Source of the DNA: Desulfatiglandales bacterium
GTDB lineage: Bacteria > Desulfobacterota > DSM-4660 > Desulfatiglandales > Desulfatiglandaceae
Assembly (NCBI GenBank): GCA_963662465.1
Contig: OY759599.1
Coordinates: forward strand, 3,136,001-3,200,000
Reading direction: 5' to 3'
DNA length: 64,000 nt
Shown: one piece after another, positions 57,314 through 64,000 of the stretch
Numbering within the stretch: the stretch's first letter is position 1
How the letters are laid out: every line of letters begins with the position of its first letter
Made by a program: the position numbers and the translations under genes
The notes under the pieces: model-generated
What the model was told of the DNA's origin: nothing
The model's database searches: none
What the model saw: the letters and a program-made list of their open reading frames with translations, nothing else

Positions 57314-58974
57314 GTTGCCGTCTCCTTGGCGGGCAGTGATTCCCCCGGCGGTATCCCGCTTCTCCGAAGATTTCCCAGCCCAAACAACCCTTCGTAGATC
57401 CAGTAGGTGAATTCAATCTCCCGCAGCCCGTCCCCCCAAAGTACCGGTTTGATCCCCTTGAAACGTTCCTCCAGAAAATCGCCCAGCATGGCCGTTGCCC
57501 CGGCCCCGTCGGCCTTGCCAAACCGCCTCATGAGCCCAGCGGCCCGGTAAGCACATAATTCCCCCTGGCAGGGACCCATGCCGAGCCGGGTCCGGCGGCG
57601 AAGGTCAATGAGATCCCGCACGTGAAGGTTTTTGAGGGCATAGGAAATCTCCCCCTCCGTAACCATTTCGCATTCACAGATGAGCCGGTAATTCCGTGGG
57701 TCTCGGTTCAATATTTGCCGCACCCGTTCACCGTGCCGGTAATGGGTGCTTCCCACCACCGAATTGGCGATGCCGGTAAAATATTTCACGGCCTTCTTTT
57801 CGGGGATTTCCCGTTCCGAACCGGGAAGCGGCGTGGTATGGGTAATACACTCTTTTTTCACGTGAAGTTTTGTGCAAACCAGATCCGTGACCATTTCGGC
57901 CATGAGTCGAGATGTCATGAGCTTGCCCCCCGCCACGGTAATCAACCCCAAGGCCCCGTCTCGCTCTTCGTGATCCACCACAACGATTTTTCGGGAAATA
58001 TTGCGGCCATCCGTTTCCTCGCTCAGGGCCACCAGGGGACGTACACCGCTATAGGCCCGCAGAATACGGGTTTTGGAGACGTTGGGAATAAGCTTTTCCC
58101 CTTCCGAAAGAAGAACATCAATCTCATCATCGTCCACCACCAGGTTCTCGATCTCCTCGTAGGGAATTTCCCGGGACGTGGTGCCGATAAGGGAAACCGT
58201 ATCTCCGGGCACGAAGATGTCCCCGTCCGAGGGCGGTCGGCAGCGGTTCACCACCACGTTGTTGATCCGGTAGTCAATAATGACCAATGATCCCTTGTCC
58301 GGAAACATGTTAAGCGTAATACCGGCGGTTTCGCAGACACGCCGACCCCATATTCCGGAAGCATTGACAACCATTTGGCCGTAAACCTCGAAGGTTTCGC
58401 CGTTTTTCCGGTCCATGCACAAAACCCCCACGATCCGATCCTGATCCCGGATCAGGCTTGCCGCCTCGGTGTGGGTGAAAACAAGAGCCCCCTTTTCCAC
58501 AGCGCCGAGAATCGTTGATGAGGCGAAGCGAAACGGGTCGATGGTGGCGTCCGGCACATGAATGGCCCGGGTAATCCCTGGATTGAGGTTGGGCTCCAGG
58601 CGAAGGGCTTCCGCTTTCCCCATTTCCCGGCACAAAATGCCCGCTTTTGCGCAACCCGCCAACAGGCGGTCGTAATAGTCCGGGTCATCCTGGGGCAGGG
58701 CAACAAAAAGACCGCCCGTATCTTCCACGCAATGACGGGCGATCCGTTTCAAAATCAGATTTTCCCCGATGCATTCCCTGGCGGATTCCAGATCCTTGAC
58801 GGCATAGCGAGCCCCGGAATGCAGCAACCCGTGGTTGCGTCCCGTGGTGCCGGAGGCAAGGTCATTTTTCTCGATGCAAACCGCCCGCAAACCGCGCAGG
58901 ACGGCATCTCGCAGAATGCCCGTACCCGCGGCGCCCCCGCCGATAACAATCACATCCGTTTCCAGCCACTTCAT
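57310..58974 (-). CDS. glpA: Anaerobic glycerol-3-phosphate dehydrogenase subunit A
   Basis: GTTGRNHGLLHSGARY, AYSGVRPL, GGKL, ICECE and RLGMGPCQG. Confidence 0.96.
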   Translation of the reverse strand: MKWLETDVIVIGGGAAGTGILRDAVLRGLRAVCIEKNDLASGTTGRNHGLLHSGARYAVKDLESARECIGENLILKRIARHCVEDTGGLFVALPQDDPDYYDRLLAGCAKAGILCREMGKAEALRLEPNLNPGITRAIHVPDATIDPFRFASSTILGAVEKGALVFTHTEAASLIRDQDRIVGVLCMDRKNGETFEVYGQMVVNASGIWGRRVCETAGITLNMFPDKGSLVIIDYRINNVVVNRCRPPSDGDIFVPGDTVSLIGTTSREIPYEEIENLVVDDDEIDVLLSEGEKLIPNVSKTRILRAYSGVRPLVALSEETDGRNISRKIVVVDHEERDGALGLITVAGGKLMTSRLMAEMVTDLVCTKLHVKKECITHTTPLPGSEREIPEKKAVKYFTGIANSVVGSTHYRHGERVRQILNRDPRNYRLICECEMVTEGEISYALKNLHVRDLIDLRRRTRLGMGPCQGELCAYRAAGLMRRFGKADGAGATAMLGDFLEERFKGIKPVLWGDGLREIEFTYWIYEGLFGLGNLRRSGIPPGESLPAKETAT

Positions 58975-59091
58975 TCCGGTTCTCCTCTTCGGGCTTGACA
59001 GATGACACAGTAAACGTGATAAGGGTTTTATAAAGAGACTTTTTCAGGAGATTACGATAGCGATATCCCTCTTAGGGGTCAAGGGGAAAGC

Positions 59092-61359
59092 ATGACAAAA
59101 GCATATCCTTCAAATTTCAGGTCCCTCCTGAACCGCTGGACCACCCCACCCACCCCTGCCGGTGATAATGTAATCGGATACTGGCAGGACAAATTGATGT
59201 TTACACTTCTTTTGGCAGCGCTGGTCTTCGCCTTTCCCGTATATATTCCAAGCGTTGTCCTTTCCATCAAGGAAGGACTCTTTAGCGTCGCCGTTGCGGA
59301 CACCATAATCTACGGCTGGGTGGGGGTACTCTTTTTTCGGAGGTCTATTCCCTTTACCGTTCGCGCCTCAAGCATTGTCCTCATAAGCTATGCCCTCGGC
59401 ATGGTTTTGCTCCTGACGGTGGGACCGTTTGGCGCCGGACCGGTTTGGATCTTCGCATTCCCCGTCGTCGCAGCGGTTTTCATGGGCGTTAGAACCGTCT
59501 TTCTGACCCTGGCCATCAATGGCGCCACCCTGATTGCGTTCGGAATCCTGATCGCTAATGGTATCATTGGGTGGGATTACCCCATCATTAATGCAGGTGA
59601 AAAATGGGTGGTCATCGCCCTGAACTTCATATTGCTGAACATCATTGTGGCCATTTCCGTTTCCTATATTTCAAGGGGGCTCCTGATTTCCCTGAAAGAG
59701 AAAAAAGGCATGCTGGGTACGCTGGAACAAAAGCATGACGAGCTGTTGAATTTTACCCGTCAACTTGAAGCGGAAGTGATGGAGCGGACGAAAGCCGTGG
59801 AGGCATTGCGGGAGAGCAAAGAGAAATTTTCCAGAGCCTTTCATACCAGCCCTTATGTATTAGCCATTACCCGTGCTGAAGACGGAAAACTGATCGAAAT
59901 AAACGACGCATTTACCCTTATCATGGGCTTCACCCGGGAAGAATCGTTTGGCAATTCCACCATAGGATTAAACCTGTGGGCCGACCCGGAAGATAGAGAA
60001 ACGGTGATCTCCGATCTAATGGCCGGCAGGCGCGTGGTAAGCAGGGAGTTCTTGTTTAAGCGGAAGGATGGCGGCATCATTACAGGTCTGCTCTCAGCTC
60101 AGATGATCCCCATCAATAACCAAACCTGTATCCTGTTCAGTATCAACGATATCACCGAGCGTAAGCAGGCTGAAGCGGAAAAAACCCAGTTGGAAAAACA
60201 ATTTTATCAAGCCCAGAAACTGGAGTCCATCGGTCGTCTCGCAGGCGGTGTAGCCCATGATCTGAACAACCTGCTAACCCCCATTCTCGGGTACAGTGAA
60301 ATGCTCCTTCTGAATGTCGACGAAAACGATGCGGATGAAGAACCGCTGAGAGAGATCGTAAATGCGAGCAAACGCGCCCGGGATCTCGTGCGACAACTGC
60401 TGGCTTTCAGCCGAAAACAGGCCCTCCAGTACAAAAACTTCGATATGAACCGTCTATTATGCGACTTTGAAAAACTGCTTCGACGCACTATCCGGGAAGA
60501 TGTGGCCATTCACATGAACCTGGCCGAATCCCTTCCTCTCATCAAAGGAGATGTGGGACAATTGGAACAGGTGGTCATGAACCTGGTCGTTAATGCTCAG
60601 GACGCCATGCCGGACGGGGGTCAATTAACACTGGAAACGGCCCGGGTCGAACTGGATGAAAGCTATTCAGCGGAACACAAAGGCGCAGCACCCGGGCCGT
60701 ATGTCATGTTGATCATCAGCGACACGGGGAGCGGAATGGATTCGGACACGCGAGAACATCTCTTCGAACCCTTTTTCACCACAAAGGAAAAAGACAGGGG
60801 AACCGGGTTGGGTCTGGCCACGGTGTATGGCATCGTGAAACAGCATGGCGGAAACATCTGGGTCTATAGCGAACCTGGTTTCGGAACGGTCTTTAAAATC
60901 TACCTGCCTGTCTCCACGGATTCCCCCAACTCCCATGAATCGGCTTCAAAAGCCCCATCAAAATCTGATTTGAACGGCTCAGAGACCATTTTGCTGGTGG
61001 AAGACGACCACCAGGTGAGAAAGCTTACGCTGGCCGTCCTGAAGCAACAGGGCTACAGAGTCCTGGCGGCGGAAAATGGAAAAGAAGGGCTTGCCATGCT
61101 GGATCAACACAACGGGCCGGTGCATCTGCTGTTGACGGACGTGATTATGCCCGAAATGAACGGCAAACGATTGTTTGAACGAATATCCCAAACCTATTCG
61201 GATGTCAGGGTACTTTACATGTCCGGCTATACAGACAACGTCATTGCCCACCACGGCGTCATCGATCCGGGCGTCCACTTCATCCAAAAACCATTCAACG
61301 TTAAAGACCTGGCCGCCAAAGTCCGGGAAGTCTTGGATCAAGAAGGAGAGAAACGTTAA
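59092..61359 (+). CDS. Membrane PAS hybrid histidine kinase
   Basis: About six N-terminal TM segments, PAS, AHDLNN, PFFTTK, GTGLGL and a C-terminal REC. Confidence 0.94.
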   Translation: MTKAYPSNFRSLLNRWTTPPTPAGDNVIGYWQDKLMFTLLLAALVFAFPVYIPSVVLSIKEGLFSVAVADTIIYGWVGVLFFRRSIPFTVRASSIVLISYALGMVLLLTVGPFGAGPVWIFAFPVVAAVFMGVRTVFLTLAINGATLIAFGILIANGIIGWDYPIINAGEKWVVIALNFILLNIIVAISVSYISRGLLISLKEKKGMLGTLEQKHDELLNFTRQLEAEVMERTKAVEALRESKEKFSRAFHTSPYVLAITRAEDGKLIEINDAFTLIMGFTREESFGNSTIGLNLWADPEDRETVISDLMAGRRVVSREFLFKRKDGGIITGLLSAQMIPINNQTCILFSINDITERKQAEAEKTQLEKQFYQAQKLESIGRLAGGVAHDLNNLLTPILGYSEMLLLNVDENDADEEPLREIVNASKRARDLVRQLLAFSRKQALQYKNFDMNRLLCDFEKLLRRTIREDVAIHMNLAESLPLIKGDVGQLEQVVMNLVVNAQDAMPDGGQLTLETARVELDESYSAEHKGAAPGPYVMLIISDTGSGMDSDTREHLFEPFFTTKEKDRGTGLGLATVYGIVKQHGGNIWVYSEPGFGTVFKIYLPVSTDSPNSHESASKAPSKSDLNGSETILLVEDDHQVRKLTLAVLKQQGYRVLAAENGKEGLAMLDQHNGPVHLLLTDVIMPEMNGKRLFERISQTYSDVRVLYMSGYTDNVIAHHGVIDPGVHFIQKPFNVKDLAAKVREVLDQEGEKR

Positions 61360-61447
61360 AGAAACAGATGATCATCAGATAAAGCATCCGCAATTAGATT
61401 GATAAAAAGCTCTTTTTCCAAACACAGGAGTTCGAACCGGCACGGAT

Positions 61448-62476
61448 ATGGCCACTCTCACTCATCATATGACCATAAAAAAAAGGCTTTTCCTGGTGCT
61501 GCTGGGAATTTTTTTTGTGGTCATGGCAGGAACCAATGGATATTATCTATTGTTCGGGAGACAATCAGGATTTATTGACTGCATGTACATGACCGTCATC
61601 TCCCTTACCGGCGTCGGATACGGCGAAGTGCTGCAGGTTACGGGCAATGTGCCGGCACAGATATTTACCATGATCCTGATTACCTTCGGCATGGGGATCA
61701 TTCTTTACGGTATCAGTGCCATGACGGCCCTGATTGTTGAAGGTGAACTCTCCGGAATTTTGAAAAGGCAGAGAATGCAAAAAGACATCAGCAAACTGAA
61801 AGATCATTACATCGTATGCGGCGGCGGCGAAACCGGGATACCCCTCATCGCTGAACTGGTCAGCAACATGGAATCCGTTGTACTGATTGAACAGGACACA
61901 AAGCAAATCGAACGTTTAGAATCCATCGGCGAAATAACCTACATCACCGGCGACGCTACGGAAGATGAGAATCTTGTTGCCGCCGGCATTAACAAAGCCG
62001 CGGGAGTCATCGTTTGTCTTCCATCGGACAAGGACTGCCTTTATATCACCATGACGGCAAGAATACTGAACAGAAATATGCGCATCATCAGTCGCATGAC
62101 CGACCGAAAACATGAAGCCAAACTGAGAATCGCCGGCGCTGACGGGGTGGTATCGCCCAACGCCATCGGCGCCCTTCGCATGGCATCCGAAATGATTCGG
62201 CCCACGGTGGTGGATTTCTTGGATAAGATGCTCAGAAGCAGCCAGGGCACCCTGCGGTTCAACGAGTTGATCCTGTCCGAGGACGGAGCCTTTTCGGGAA
62301 AAACCATTAGAGAATCGGGCATCAAGGACAGATTCGGTCTGCTGATCGTGGGCATCAGAGAAAAGCAGGGAGCCATTACCTTCAATCCACCCCCCTCACT
62401 GGCATTGGGAGCGGGAGTCACGTTGATTGTCATGGGGGAGGTCGCCAGTCTCAAGAAGGCCAAAAGCATCTGCTGA
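61448..62476 (+). CDS. Two-TM potassium channel with RCK_N and RCK_C domains
   Basis: YMTVISLTGVGYGE pore, HYIVCGGGETG, GDAT, AGADGVVSP and TrkA_C. Confidence 0.9.
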   Translation: MATLTHHMTIKKRLFLVLLGIFFVVMAGTNGYYLLFGRQSGFIDCMYMTVISLTGVGYGEVLQVTGNVPAQIFTMILITFGMGIILYGISAMTALIVEGELSGILKRQRMQKDISKLKDHYIVCGGGETGIPLIAELVSNMESVVLIEQDTKQIERLESIGEITYITGDATEDENLVAAGINKAAGVIVCLPSDKDCLYITMTARILNRNMRIISRMTDRKHEAKLRIAGADGVVSPNAIGALRMASEMIRPTVVDFLDKMLRSSQGTLRFNELILSEDGAFSGKTIRESGIKDRFGLLIVGIREKQGAITFNPPPSLALGAGVTLIVMGEVASLKKAKSIC

Positions 62477-62484
62477 CAAACACG

Positions 62485-63054
62485 CTACCCGTTTAGAATA
62501 TCCCGCACCATTGTATTCACCACTTCCCTTGCAGACTGCCCCATATCTGCTGGGACGGTGCATTCGGGGATAATGTAGTGCCCGATTATCTCCGTTTTGC
62601 AAAAACCGTTCTGACGGTCAAAAGCTACTTTGATAATATCGGCGTTTTCCTCAATGGGTCCTCCGCAGGTCACCAGAAGCGCTGTGCGTTTCCCCTCAAT
62701 AAAGGATTTATGCGCCGCCGTACCATATCCTTTCACCATGCAAACATGCCGGTCAATCAGCGCTTTTAATTGAGATGAAAAACTCCAGCAATAGAGCGGT
62801 GTGGCATATACAACGGCATCAGAGGCCATCATGCGCTCAAAAACCGCCGGGGCATCATCTTTTTGCACACACCCGAGTTCATCCGTTATCTCCCAGCATG
62901 TTCCACATCCCAGGCACCCTCGCACATCCAAATCAACCAAATTGATCCGGTCAACCTCATGCCCCTTGTTGATAAGGTCTTCTTCAAACCAACCCAGCGC
63001 CGTCTCCGTGTTGCCCCCTTTTCGAGGGCCTCCGAAAAGTGTGGTCACCTTCAT
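62485..63054 (-). CDS. Flavodoxin-family iron-sulfur flavoprotein
   Basis: GGPRKGGNT, CLGCGTC...C, ATPLY and LKALIDR. Confidence 0.88.
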   Translation of the reverse strand: MKVTTLFGGPRKGGNTETALGWFEEDLINKGHEVDRINLVDLDVRGCLGCGTCWEITDELGCVQKDDAPAVFERMMASDAVVYATPLYCWSFSSQLKALIDRHVCMVKGYGTAAHKSFIEGKRTALLVTCGGPIEENADIIKVAFDRQNGFCKTEIIGHYIIPECTVPADMGQSAREVVNTMVRDILNG

Positions 63055-63072
63055 GATTGTTCTCCTTTCTCT

Positions 63073-63871
63073 TTATCCATCATTATCGAGCGGACTTCTA
63101 ATCTCTTTTGTCGGCATGCTTTTGATGACGTGCGTATAAATCATCGTTGTCCGAACATCGCTATACCCCAAGAGGTCTTGGATCGTTCGGATATCGTAGT
63201 TGGCCTGCAACAGATGGGTCGCAAAACTGTGGCTCTTCAATATCTTGGGAGAGTACTGCCGAACCATGATCTCATCACGGAGGCCATCAAAGGCGAATTT
63301 CCAGCTTGTGCCGATTTCAACCGGTTGATCCGATGTTTGCCGTTTATTGCAAACAGTTTTGTCAAAAAATCCGGAAGGTTTTCGATCCGCCTCTTGACAG
63401 GTAGTTTTTGATATCGTCTCCGGCGAATTTTTGGTCCCGAAACCCTGACAACCCGTCCGAGAGAGCGGGACGTCCACAGGCCCGGCTTGAACAGCATTTG
63501 AACGTTTCTCGGCGGGCACGACAAAAAACAGTTGTATCGTTATATGGAAAGATCTCGGCCTTTTTGACGGAAGTATTCTTTCGAATTGTCACATGTTCGG
63601 CAATCGAGGGCCTTTCTTTGACGATTTCGTAATACAAAGAAACGGCATCCAAAGCTTGTTCGATTTGATAATCTTTCTGTTTTTTCTGATGGCGTTTTTC
63701 AATAAAATGGCTGAGGTTTTCATGTTTTGAGACCGGATGATGATATTTTTGGCAAAAATCCCAGTAAAATCGAAGCCATTTTTTGTAATATGCCTGAAAT
63801 CGCTTTTGAACGGGTTTCCGATCCAGAAAATCCTGAAAACGCGCTATGATGTCTGGCGGAACTGGAATCAT
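63073..63871 (-). pseudogene. Integron-type tyrosine integrase pseudogene (frameshift and central deletion)
   Basis: N-terminal YKKWLRFYWDFC block in one frame; in another frame [14 protein letters not shown] is fused directly to [35 protein letters not shown]. Confidence 0.85.
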
Positions 63872-64000
63872 GACATGTTCTCCTATTGGACGTTCAATAT
63901 TACAAATACGCATATTATACGGACTGCATACATCATACCATTTATCTTTGTCAATAATAATTTCATGCCGGCTTTCAACCGGCAAATCATAATGAACCTC

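Noticed and set aside
1..64000. tRNA/rRNA genes, reverse transcriptases, intact IS elements, Sec/Pyl read-through
   Set aside because: None recognised by eye; a covariance-model scan is needed to exclude small RNAs

Overview
Chromosomal window from a Gram-negative anaerobe. Gene content and style suggest a Desulfobacterota (deltaproteobacterial) organism, but this is inference only. Housekeeping genes (valS, nadC, znuCB, hflKC, recJ, kdsB, queD, glpABC) alternate with many signalling and transport modules. These include a TRAP transporter, a cluster of binding proteins, a TonB receptor and a class III cyclase, four histidine kinases, a DAC-domain protein, CLC, K+ and Ca/Na transporters, and a Mo-oxidoreductase/Fe-S/NrfD operon ending in a UbiD gene. 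No rRNA, tRNA, CRISPR array or intact transposase was seen. The best leads are: (1) a PopZ-like acidic scaffold gene directly upstream of valS; (2) a TonB-receptor plus orphan binding-protein cluster linked to a cyclase carrying guanylyl-type specificity residues; (3) a UbiD enzyme with an apparent Sec signal peptide at the end of a Pad-like molybdoenzyme operon; (4) an MNT-HEPN toxin-antitoxin pair inside a local duplication; (5) four internally deleted gene remnants, including an integron integrase; (6) recurrent 7-bp tandem repeats at gene boundaries. All calls come from motif reading, not database searches.
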